A DNA stretch of 62,814 nt, the filler included, from Choristocarpus tenellus KU-1152 (lineage: Eukaryota > Protista > Phaeophyceae): NCBI GenBank assembly GCA_964200185.2. It is 9 parts of 9 records of this genome, joined end to end, with 100 filler letters (N's around TTAATTAATTAA, not from the genome) between each part and the next. Parts side by side here need not be neighbours in the genome. Positions count along the whole stretch, not along the records: positions 27,393 to 51,856 come from CAXNAD020000211.1; 8 more parts are not named here. One strand, given 5' to 3'. The translations under genes were made by a program, and so were the position numbers. The notes beneath the pieces were generated by a model that did not search any database, was not told the DNA's origin, and saw only the letters and a program-made list of their open reading frames with translations. Shown here piece after piece: positions 38,901-50,745 of the stretch; within the stretch, counting starts at the first letter, position 1, and each line of letters begins with the position of its first letter.

Positions 38901-41900
38901 TTCCACGCAAATTAGACATACAAAGACCAGGGATCATGTAGTAACCCTTTGGATCCAAGAATACCATCACACCAATCACATCACACCAACGAAAATTGCT
39001 TGAAACCATATTACCAGTAATCTAATAATAGTCATTGTCTTATGTTCATTACATCAATACCCACAACAAAGTCTGATCTTTGCATCCAATTGGCATTGTA
39101 CAAGGTGTAGGATGTGGAGTCATTTGAACGATCTCAATCTTAGAGAGGGGCGTTATGACTACCTACTAGTGCATGTGCTTCTAGCACTCTGATCATCAAT
39201 TTCACACCCATGTCAACAATACTTGTTTCCCATAACCCTAACCCTAACACCTACAGTCTGGCGAGGGTAGTTAGCTGCATTTCAACCAAGGAAAATATAA
39301 AAAAAGAAAATATTTTGTGAAGATCCAAATACTCCAAATGGCCAAAATAGAACCCCCTCCCTGGTAGCATGGCTTGTGTTCTTCACAGAGTTAGGGTTAG
39401 GGTTTGTGTTCCTCGATAAGACTGCCTAACCACACCTGCATATCCCCTGCCTTGAACGCCTGGTTTCCTGTCTCCTTTGTAGTCTCCATTAGTTTATACT
39501 GCTTGATTAACACCCGGTACTCCTTGTTGTCTGGATCTTGTCTTGCTGCTTCCTGTTTATTATTGTTGTTATAAATATATTATTATTATGGTTATTAATA
39601 TTATTATTTTGTTATAGATAGTAGTAGTAGTAGTAGTAGTGTTTTGCACACATGAGAGTAAGGAGTTAGGGTTAGGGAACACAATACCAAGAGGAATGTA
39701 ATGCTTGGAGTGAGACGTCTTGGGTATATCTTACGTATATACCATCTCAGACGTAGACTCAAACATAGTTAATTTATTTGAACAGCATAGGTATCAATTA
39801 GGAGATGAGCAGAAGCATAGCCCTACACTGGAGCAAAAAAATTAGGATTAAGGCTAGAGTTAACTCCGTTGTAATACAATAATTTTTCATATTAATACCG
39901 CAACTATAATAACACCATCTGTAAAAAAATATCAAACAGAAGACTTGATACTCAAATTCTAGCAGATGACATCATTCTTGACCCCAAAAGAACCACATCA
40001 AGCACTGCACAGGTCAGTCCTCCCCAGGAAGTACAACTACCTTGCCACCATCGGTTCTAACCCTAACCCTACAACTAGACCTTCCTCACCACATCATTGC
40101 CTTACAATACTCCATGCCTAGCCTTAGATAGTAAACAGTACATACCTGCAGATGCTTCACAGCACTGTCCAGGTTTCCCATGAGGTAGAGGCACTTTGCC
40201 CTTGTAATAAGAAGAACCGCATTATTTTGTGTGTGCCGAATGAGCGCAGAGCTCAACGAGTACGCCTCCTCATGCTTTCCAACTCCCATCAGACACTCCA
40301 CCTGGAACACGGTTACAAAAACCATTACAAAAAAAGAGACAAAAACACAGGGATAATGGATGCACAAACTATCTAGCACTACTGTTTCTTTCATCCCATT
40401 GCATCACCTTCACACCCTAACCCCTCACAGATTACACTGCAACAATAGAGGTATTGTAAGGATGTATACAATTAAGCTAATATCTTACTGGCATTTCACA
40501 AATAAAGTACAACTAAGGTTCATCTTTGTAATCTACTTTTTCTACCCTCTCCATATCCACATGCATTAATGTTGTGCTACGCCTCTGACCACGTATCCAA
40601 TTAGACCAGACTGCTTAGAGTCCTTATCAGTATGGGTTAGGGTTAGGGGCGGGGATAGGGATAGGGTAACAGCAATGAAATGTGTGTGTCATGCATAGAC
40701 CAAATTTACCCTAACCCTAAGCATCCAGCCTCCATCCACAATTTCAAACCAACAACAACATTTCCAGGTAGACAAGAAGAGAGAGTGTGCTGCATATTCA
40801 CTTGATGGGGTTAATAATATTCACTCAAGAGGACAAAGACAAGAGCCTCATGTCTTCTCCCCCATATGGGGAAAGGTTACTAGGGGGAAAATTGGCACCA
40901 TCAGGTTGTGGTATTTGCAATATTTACTGATATCCAACAGCTCTTCACTGCCCCACAAGAGCCTCAAGAAGACTAGCCCTAACCCTAACCCTAACCCTAA
41001 CCCTAATCCAAACATTTGATGCTTACAACACTTTTGCACAAGGCAACAAAATGGCCTACACAAAATTGAGAGGCATATACTCTTCCAACAACAGCAGAAG
41101 TACCTATCACCAAACCATCCCAAACCATACATCAGGTCAAACCTCTCATACAGATATGCAACTAACCCTAACCCTAACCCTAACCATTCAATACCGTATC
41201 GTATTAGGTTGAGTTAGGGTTAGGGTAACAAAAATTGTGCCAGCATAGCTTGCCTTCAGAATCTTGAGATCCTTGGACTGAGTCGCTGCCTGTAGCGCTG
41301 ATTCCAACAGGGAAAGCGCCTGCGAATACTTGTGCTAAAAAATAAAAAAGAGGGTTAGAGTTTAGGGTTAGGGAAAGTGCCTGCAAAAAAACTTACACTA
41401 AAGACAAAACAAAAACAAAAACAAAGAAAATCATGGGGGGCAGAAAAAACACGAGCGATTAAAAACCTACAACAAATTAAGACAAACGTCGGGTGAGGCA
41501 TGATGGTTTTATGGTATCACAGTATTAGGGGTATGAGGTATAAAATAACAGAACACCTTGTATACAACTAGTTGAGTGTCGAATGAATCTCCACAAAATG
41601 ATAGGGGAATCACTGCAGTACAATCAATCATGGTTAGGGTTAGAGTAAACTACAGTTATAAGCAGACATGAGTGCACTTTGTGAGAGGTACACACACACC
41701 ATCATGATTCATGTTTCAAAAAGATACGCCCATGCCTTACCTGTCCACAGATTGTCTACATTTTATTTTAACATACAACGGGTGCAGTCTAACCCTAACC
41801 CTAACAACACACATACACCTTTCAACCCTTACTTGCAACCACTTCCCAGTACTTCCCAAATGTACACAACCTTATCATATTATAAAAATCCCACGCAAAT

Positions 41901-44900
41901 CTTAGCAACTCGCCCACACCTTGTCCCACTATGAAATAACATGTGCACTGCCCCACTCTGTCAATAACAACTCCAGTGATTTTTTTTCTCAGCTTGGCAA
42001 TGACATATTTTATTAATGATACAGTGGTGATTACTACTGCACCTCTTTATTAATACTTTATTTTTGTTCTAAACACACACAAACCTCACAATACCATAAT
42101 CCTAACTTTCCTATCAAACAATTTAATTGAACCCTAGCCCTAAGTTTGACAATAGGACTCTCACATACTCACCCTTTACTCAGTTCAATCAGTCCATGTC
42201 ACTGACAACTCCAAGCCTAACCTGACAATAAACCCTAATCCTAATCTAACCCTAACTCAAAAATAGTTCACTGAAATAAACCATCATGTATACAACCCTT
42301 AACCCCCACTATTTTAGCAGTCCTAAGTTACTTGAGTAAGTAAAAAAATCTCATTCTCCAAGGCCAGATTCTCAGGGTATTCATTTCCTGCAACAGACTA
42401 CGTGCCTGTGAACTACTATAAAGAGAAAACAAAATAAGGTATCTGACCTGCTCCATATGGATTTACGCCAACCTCCTACCTCTTTTGAAGTCCTCCAATA
42501 CCGAGACGCCAGCAGGGTATACAAAATAATAGTTAAATGGTATCTAATAATGTTAATACAATGATTAAAGTAATAACCCTAACCTCTTGCATCAAAGCTT
42601 TAGCTCGGTCAGTCTTTCTCAGGCACAGCTCCGCGTCTTGCTTCTCCTTTATCTGCTTGGCATTGTTGGGGTCGAGAGCAAGCCCCGCCAGCACAGTTGC
42701 AACTGCTGCCTTGAATTGACCCTGGAATTAAATTTATTAAAGCAGAGTATATTGAAAATTGACCAAAATGCACATTGCAGAAGAGGACGAAAGTATGGAT
42801 GGGGGGATGAATGGAGGATGGTCATTAGATTCACCAACATTGGCAACACAAATGACATCATTTGAACTTAATGTCAACACAAGTATTAACCCTAACCCCT
42901 AACCCTAATGCTCACAATCAATTACAGTAGGATACTCAAGTAATATTTACACACTATCTTCTCAAATTTTCATTACATTTCTGGGGCAATATATGTTGCA
43001 GCATTAATAACAGCAGCTAAAATAATATCTAACCCTGACCCTAAACCCTAACCCATTTAAGTTCAAACAAAAGCTACATTTCTGGTTGGTGATTCCATGC
43101 AATACCCTCATCCTAACCCCCCCAAATTTCCCTCTCATGAAACATATTGATGGCAACACACTAAACCAAAAATTAGCTACCAAAGATAACACAATGAGCA
43201 AATCTAACCCTAGCCCTAACCCTATCTCATGAGGTTGGGGTTGGAAAACAGCATAAAAATAAAATAAACCAATTCACAGAAAACAAAAAAACAGCTAATT
43301 CCTGTACTTTTTATTATTATACCTCTAACCCTGGCCAGAACAAAAACAAAAGTATAAAACAAAATCTCACCAGCTTCTTCTGTGCCCCTGCCTTTCGGAA
43401 GAGAGCCTTGGCAAATGTAGGGTCCAGTCCAACAGCTCTATCGCAGTCATCAATGGCCTAACAGCAACAAAGACAAGACAAGAATTCCTTTGCCACGTCA
43501 TGAGATGAGTGGCCACATCCAACTGAAAGAATAAGACCAAGTATCTAAGACCCACCAGTGGTGTCAGCAAGAACTGATCGATAACTCACTTTCACCATTT
43601 GGCAACATACCGTCGCAATACATCAAAAGCAAGAACATACCATCACAATACATCAAAAGCAAGAACATACCATCACAATACATCAAAAGCAAGAACATAC
43701 CATCACAATACATCAAAAGCAAGAACATACCGTCGCAAGGTATCAAAAGCAAGAACATACCATCACAATACATCAAAAGCAAGAACATACCATCACAATA
43801 CATCAAAAGCAAGGACATACCATCACAATACATCAAAAGCAAGAACATACCGTCGCAAGGTATCAAAAGCAAGAACATACCATCACAATACATCAAAAGC
43901 AAGAACACACCATCACAATACATCAAAAGCAAGAACACACCATCACAATACATCAAAAGCAAGGACATACCGTCGCAAGGTATCAAAAGCAAGAACAAAC
44001 CATCACAATACATCAAAAGCAAGAACATACCATCACAATACATCAAAAGCAAGAACATACCGTCGCAAAACATCAAAAGAAGAACAAACCGTTTTATTCC
44101 TTAAACAAAAAACAAAAAAACTATACTTTGTGTCAACACAGTCAAACAGACATTGGTGTCCTCACTGTACAAGGTAACACTGCCCTCTAGTTCACAACCA
44201 AACAAACAATCCAATGCCCCTCACTGTGGTCTCTAATGTAGTAGCCTGACTCTGACCAGAGTACAGTAACACCCTAACCCTTTAACAATAAGAACATGTT
44301 TTAAACAGTAACTAAAAAAACATCTGGTGTGTGCTTTAGAGGGGTAGAATGAGTTCATCATCACAACTTGCAACTTGTACAGAAGTATAGAGACATTCAG
44401 AGTACATACATGAAGTCCATTGCGTGAGACCCATCAACAAGACAAAAAATAAAATGACAACACATCTGGTGTGTGCTTTAGAGGGGTAGAATGAGTTCAT
44501 CATCACAACTTGCAACTTGTACAGAAGTATAGAGACATTCAGAGTACATACGTGAAGTCCATTGCGTGAGACTCATCAACAAGACAAAAAATAAAATGAT
44601 AACACATCTGGTGTGTGCTTTAGAGGGGTAGAATGAGTTCATCATCACAACTTGCAACTTGTACAGAAGTATAGAGACATTCAGAGTACATACGTGAAGT
44701 CCATTGCGTGAGACCCATCAACAAGACAAAAAATAAAATGATAACACATGCGTGGCATACACAGAGGTGCACTACATTCTATCGAGTACTCTACATTTCA
44801 AAATATTGAATAAAAAAAATATTGTTGATAGTACTGGCAACAATGATAATATTAAAATGATACAAAAAAAAGGTTTGTTCTGCTGTCTGGAGGGGAGGGG

Positions 44901-47900
44901 GGACTGTTCTATATATGTAACAGTGTTAGTTTGAATATTGACGCACAAAAGATACTTCAACTAGAACAAAATTGCTTGCCCAGGGTTTGTGCAAGAGCTA
45001 GAATTAGTCCTTCACACATCATTCTAATATATTGGGGGGTGACCCTACTAATAGCCCTAACTCCAACAAGAGGTCCAAACAAATTGAAATGTGCTTATCA
45101 GAAATCAGCACTGCACAAGAACAAAAGGTATTGCAATGTAGCTTGGCATTATCACAATTTTACTTCTGTACCACTATTTATTATTATAAAAACAACTCTA
45201 TATACAACTGGTAATAATGGTAGTTTATAGGATTATCCAATATTGGTGAACCACAACAAGTGTGCCATGTCACAATTTAAAATGTATGTATGTCAGCTCT
45301 GTGCATGTAGCACAGAGAAATCCTTCAAGAAAAAACATCAGATGAGCTGTACATACCTAACCCTTACCCTAGTAGTATCATTAGTGCCATCAATGACACA
45401 AACCTGTAGGTACCCTGAACTTCAACAAAAAAACGACTTGGCAGCCCACTAATTCCAAACCATAACTCCAACCCTAACCCTAACCCTCAACCTAACCCTA
45501 ACCCTAACACATTGTAAGAATTTCCCAACGCTTGATACACATTGTTGATAAATATTATTTTAATATCATTATTGACGCCTTACCTGCTCATACCCCAGGA
45601 TCATAATATGGGCAGCAGCTCTATTCCCATACAGAGCGGCTTCTGCCTTAGCCAAGTCATCAGATTCCATACCATCAATCATTTGGCAGGCCTCAATCCC
45701 TTCTGTATACATAGTGATGGCCCCCCGATAGTCCCCTTCCTGTAACCAGCAATGACAATTATTATTATTAGAAGTGTGCCTCACACTGTACTGTACTGTA
45801 CTATACTATACTATATTACATTATACTATACTACACCATCCATACTCTACACTGCTTGGAGTTAGGGTTAGGAACATGCAAGGTGAAAAATACAACACAC
45901 AACAATAGAAACTAGACCGCCAGCTCCAGGGCCCAAAATGGGTAGCTACAGGTCACTACAAAGCGACTGAAAGGTGACCAGAGCTTATCTAGAGGAAAAC
46001 CTACATCAATCTTTCTGAAAACAAGAAAGTTCCCCAACATATCTCATATCTACATTCAAATCAACACAAACTAGTCTCAAACCAGCAATCAGATGTCTCG
46101 TTGTCTGTTTATTAAAACAATAAAAAAAGGATCCACAGAAACAGTTCTAGTGCGTCTACCTGCCGATTTCCCAAAAACGTTTTTGCTCAAAAAAGCACTA
46201 TCCGAGGTTTGGGCTAGTCTGGTACAAGCACCATCCAAATCTGCACCCAACACCCTCCTTTGGAAATTCGTTGATTGAATAAGAGCCAAACAATGATAGT
46301 AACCTCCTTTGAGTCAGGAAAATTACAAAACAAATCCTGAATGAAAAAAACATCCAGGAATGGACAAATCACCTTGTCCGACTAAGTTAGCATTTTCAAC
46401 AATATTTTGGACAATGCAAACACCATCTATCTCCAGGAATAGACTGATACACAGTGTGCGGTGTAAGGACAATATTTTGTTACTTTTTTTTTTTTAAATC
46501 AAGGTTTGGTAGGGAAGAACTATGCTGACCTTGATCACTGTCATACCAAACCATGACACTCTCAAGATGTTCAGTTAAACAAATCAAATGAAGGGTTAGG
46601 GTTAAGCACAACCCAAATCCTAACCGTAAACCTAAGAGGGCGGGGACGACAAACACACCTAAACACACAAATAAACATACACAACAACAAAAAATGAGGC
46701 AAAGAGGTCATTCACATTCCTTGGGGGTACGGATAGACTTCAGTGCAAAAAATGTAAACTTTGAATCAAGAGGATGAGCAACCTACGATCATCATTACAA
46801 CGGGTTCAGCTCTTGCCGGAAAAATCGTGATTTATCCTCTGAATCATTACACACGCCTCCCTGCAAATCCATGGCCGTCAAGGGGTGTAGCCACGATAAA
46901 ATAGGCCACCTGTCAGGTGAGGGGCCCCGCTGGAGGAAAAAGGTTTTGAGGCTAACATCGTACACTTGAAGACACAGGTGTCAGTGCACACAGAAAAAGA
47001 CAGAAAAACTTTGGAGGCGTGTGCAGCCAGCGATTGATGCACGGAGTAACCAATAGGTTGGTCTAAATATATTTAGTTATCAGATAAGTCATAATTAATT
47101 GAACCCATCAAATAAGATTTATAGCCAGTCCACAACTCGAAAAAAAATAATGGGATGTCATCGCAGGTTCCAGCAAGCGCACCAATGGTTGCCCCGCTCT
47201 ACTGAATTGGTTTTACTATCATATCCTTACTACCATCCTCATCAATTTTGTAACCGATTTTTTCTTGATATAATCAACACAGTTGGCAACAGATACTCCT
47301 ATCACAGAAGGATAACCTCCACACAACAGGAACTCTTAATTTTTTTAAATCACTTTCTGACTATTTGGAAACCTCCTGTGACAAAATGTTCATATACAGT
47401 TCAAAAATGGTGAGCTAATTAATATTTGCAGTACATAGTGAAAAAAAAATGACAATTCCTTTGACGACTTTTTGAAAATAAAAATCTCCTCCCCAGTAAG
47501 AATAGATATCTCAGCCTAGTGTGAAATTTCTTCCATAAGCCCAACACTAACCTCTCACTAACCCTAACTCTAGCAGTTGCATGGAAGAGGCAATCTATGA
47601 CAGCAGGCAAAAAATTACATTCAACCACAACACACTCTTGCCAGAATCATTGCGGCAATCATCACAATAAATCGTAAATACCACAAAATTACACTACAAG
47701 GCGGAAGGATCAGTAACATAATAAAATAGTCACTAGTTTATGATATTAGTACTTTTTAAACTGTCGACATGGTTACCTTGATACTTAAATATGCAATCTA
47801 CAATAGTAACTGGGTGCTGATAACAACCATCTTGCAATTTGATCCATCATGCAAGTAGTTTGATGCTTCTGCTCCGGTGATGCAGAACAAGATCAAGACT

Positions 47901-49596
47901 CACTCACACTCCTGGAAACATTAGATATACTGCCACTTGAAAAAGATTTGGTTGGATTACTTTGAGAGGTAGGGTTCCTAAACAGTCTAAGACCTTAAGT
48001 ACACTTGAGATCACGTATGTCTCACAAGAGCTTTTCAGTCACCATCCATGTCCCTATTTTGATTGTCACCACATACCAACCACTAGATGGCATTAATAGC
48101 ATCAAAGTGAACCAGGCATGTCAAAAAATACATTACTGGGGCCAGCCTGCAAACTGGCTCTGTTGAAATCTCTTGAGAATCATGAACCGGAACTGTTGAA
48201 ATACTTTTCGCCTTGGCCAACCCAATGAGAAAAAAAATCATACCAGGTGGACACCTCCCTTCAACTAAATACGAAATACGATACCACACAACATATCAAT
48301 ATGAAAGTATGCTGTACGGCACAGCTAACATCATAACTAATTTGAGCTCTAACAGACTTGAGTAACATAAAATTGCAACTTCAGAAGTGGTTGCAACATC
48401 GATGTTTGTATCGATCTGATAGTACCTGTGGCACCTGCCTCCAGTCAAGATTGATAAGAGTAAATGCATCACATGAGAGGCTATTGGTATTAAGAGAGTC
48501 AACAAGATACACAATCTGGAGGTGCAGTTTCTGACATATTGAGCTCAACATTAACACGCACCCTCTTCTTGGGGAGTGGAGACCTCAAAATAAGGCATAA
48601 AGAAACGGAAAGACGAAAAAAAAATCTCGTCTGTTACTCAGATGAACAGGTATTGGTTTATGGATAAGACCAAATTGGGCTGTAGAAGTGTACATCAAAG
48701 AAGTAGGTGACCTGCCGGTGGTGTGGAAAAATAATCTTAGCACCCCATACGCGGCACAATCGATCCCCTGCAACGCAAGGTAGACACGACTAGAGAATCA
48801 GTAAAAGCCCAGGTGTGAGTTGTTGGAAGTCCTTTGGAAGTCCAATATCTACTGGCACATATAATATGACAGGTAACGGGATATAACGGGGAAATGGGTG
48901 CTCCACAAGTCTCTGGAAGGGGATGTATGGGCAATATACTTGAGAAAAAGATTATTCAACATCAGTCCTCTCACTCTTTCAATATTTGCGTTGCCCTCAG
49001 CACACAAGGTTCTCTCATATACCGTTATCTAGTTCCATCCGCAGGTCCTAGCAGAGAATTTTTCACTGTCTACCACCTGGCCTCTAGCATTCGACCCACA
49101 AAATCGATCGAACTCGGCTGTATCACAACACAACTTTCTCGGGGTGTTGGGTGATTGACAGGCCCCACCCACACCAACCTCCAACCTTCAGACCCTGTTT
49201 CATATCCAAGCGATCCAATGGAATCTATGGCGCTAGAACTACGCTTTGAACATGTCGACAGGCTGGAATAAGATGCAAGTTCCAAGGTCCGCCTTGACTA
49301 CATATCAGGCCTTCAGGCCAACACCATACGAGTAGGGAAAACATCGACCATGACATCAAATCAGTGCAAGGCAATCATCAGTACACCGTACTAATTCGGT
49401 TAAGTTGAGCTAAATATATGTGCGACAGAGTAGTGGCGAAATCGAGTCGCTACGTGTCCGAGTCAAAGGTCCATGACACCACCATTTAAAATCAAAGGAA
49501 AACACTCGCCTTGTACTTTCCATCTCCAAGCTCCTTGAATTCAGAGGGCGACATGATCGTAGTCTGTTCATCATCGCTACTAGATTCTCCTTCCAT
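29961..49596 (-). CDS. DNAJC7: DnaJ subfamily C member 7-like (TPR repeats + C-terminal J domain) Hsp70/Hsp90 co-chaperone, 14 exons, ~508 aa
   Basis: Hand-spliced exons with compatible phases: 49510-49596 ([19 protein letters not shown]), 45584-45739, 43371-43457, 42584-42721, 41254-41334, 40146-40301, 39436-39552, 37914-38012, 35634-35739, 34553-34628, 33218-33287, 31875-32030, 30765-30853, 29961-30069 (TGA). Total 1527 nt, one open frame. TPR motifs ([42 protein letters not shown]) are followed by [45 protein letters not shown] and a G/M/F-rich tail. This is the DNAJC7/TPR2 architecture. Confidence 0.95.
43604..44090. repeat. 30-bp minisatellite (~16 copies) with 120-bp higher-order period, DNAJC7 intron 2
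   Basis: Unit catcaaaagcaagaacataccatcacaata. The cgtcgc variant occurs at 43611, 43731, 43851, 43971 and 44061. Confidence 0.97.
44320..44749. repeat. 142-bp tandem repeat x3, DNAJC7 intron 2
   Basis: catctggtgtgtgctttagagggg.. starts at 44321, 44463 and 44605; the copies are near-identical. Confidence 0.97.
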
Positions 49597-49770
49597 CGCT
49601 GCCAGACTCCTCAGATGTCAAGAAGCCCCCAGCCCTCTCTTTCCTGGTCGTTTGACAACTCACCCTAACAACCTGGACGGCGTGTGGTTGTGTAAACCTC
49701 CATTTCTCGAAGTCAGAACTTACAGCACAAAAATATCAAATTTTGCGCGCTATCCTCGCGAGACCAACCA
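49420..49770 (-). promoter_or_regulatory. CpG-rich putative promoter / 5' region of DNAJC7
   Basis: About 19 CpG in ~350 bp around exon 1 by hand count, against sparse CpG in the downstream introns. Confidence 0.45.
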
Positions 49771-49904
49771 CCACAATAATATATTTTTGTACTATATATT
49801 ATATAATAATATACCTTCTGGCATTCCCTAGATTAAATATTACAGATCATTACTCACAACTACTAAATACCACTCTTATACTCCGAAAAGAACGAATGAT
49901 AAAT

Positions 49905-50021
49905 CATTTATCTAGACGGGTCATGCGTTTTAAGCTGGAGTCACTAGGGAGATGGGCAAGGAGGGCTTTATTAGATTCGTGGGGTGCTTCCCTAGCTCCT
50001 CACCATGGGGAGCAGGAATAG
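49905..50021 (+). mobile_element. Second short 3' fragment of the same REL retroelement
   Basis: gtcatgcgttttaagct..gatgg.caaggagg..agattc.tggg...cttccctagctcctc matches 50645-50731. Confidence 0.65.
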
Positions 50022-50259
50022 GTTTGAGACACAGAAAGGCAGTAGTACAACATAGATATGTGGTAAGAAAATAGGAAATAGATTACAATTTTCACTTTTG
50101 TGACAACTGTTACTTCTTTTTTAGGGATTTTTCAGATGTGTGAATAGTTTTCATTAGTTTTCCCCCTCGCACATCTGCAAGCTGTTAGAGGGCATAATAA
50201 ATATATGTGATGTTAAAAAAACTGTAAATTTAAAATTGAGCTGGTCAACAAATGCAACA

Positions 50260-50745
50260 CTGTGGACCGAAATTGCCGCATGGATCTGGTCTTACATGGT
50301 GGGGCATTTACGGACGCCAGATCAGCTTCCTACCAGGAAAAAAGCCTCCCCCTAGATATTACGTTTGCAGAAGCGCAAACACCTTCTACCACACTCATCC
50401 ACCACCAATGATGTAGTTGCTGTTACAACTGGGGCACCCACTACGAGGGTTCTTTTGACCCTCATAGTTTTTTTACCTCAACACCTTCGCGGTGAAAAGT
50501 TTTGAGAGCCTCGGTAAACAAGCAGAAAGTTTTCTGGATGATTTGGCTACACACACGGTAGAGGGTGGAGGGACAGGAGGCTACAGCAGGAAAGGAGCTG
50601 TCAAATCCCGTTTGCGATTATCATAATACGAGTGACTCTATTAAGACGTGTCATGCGTTTTAAGCTTGAGGCATCAGGCAGATGGCCAAGGAGGTTTCTG
50701 TCAGATTCTTGGGATACTTCCCTAGCTCCTCGACCTGTTGTGTAG
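50260..50745 (+). mobile_element. 3' fragment of a restriction-like-endonuclease (REL, CRE/R2-type) non-LTR retrotransposon
   Basis: RMDLVLHGGAFTDARSASYQEKSLPLDITFAEAQ, then TFAVKSFESLGKQAESFLDDLA, then RRVMRFKL. This is the RxD..DxT and VESFGxLG pattern of REL domains. Frameshifted. Confidence 0.7.

Larger units (their letters stand above)
31180..47575. repeat. Dispersed interstitial telomere-type (CCCTAA/TTAGGG)2-5 clusters in DNAJC7 introns
   Basis: Roughly 50 clusters by eye, e.g. 31517, 33131, 37152, 38515, 39390, 40975-41008, 41162-41226, 42888 and 45469-45508. Confidence 0.9.

Noticed and set aside
40975-41008. True telomere / chromosome end
   Set aside because: The arrays are only 2-6 units long, internal to introns, and in both orientations.
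42449-42515. Extra DNAJC7 exon
   Set aside because: The protein is continuous without it (MQE|HKYSQAL), and there is no convincing acceptor or frame.
43564-44177. 170-aa and 192-aa repeat ORFs as real proteins
   Set aside because: They are a by-product of a stop-free 30-bp minisatellite in an intron. The flanking DNAJC7 exons splice in frame without them.
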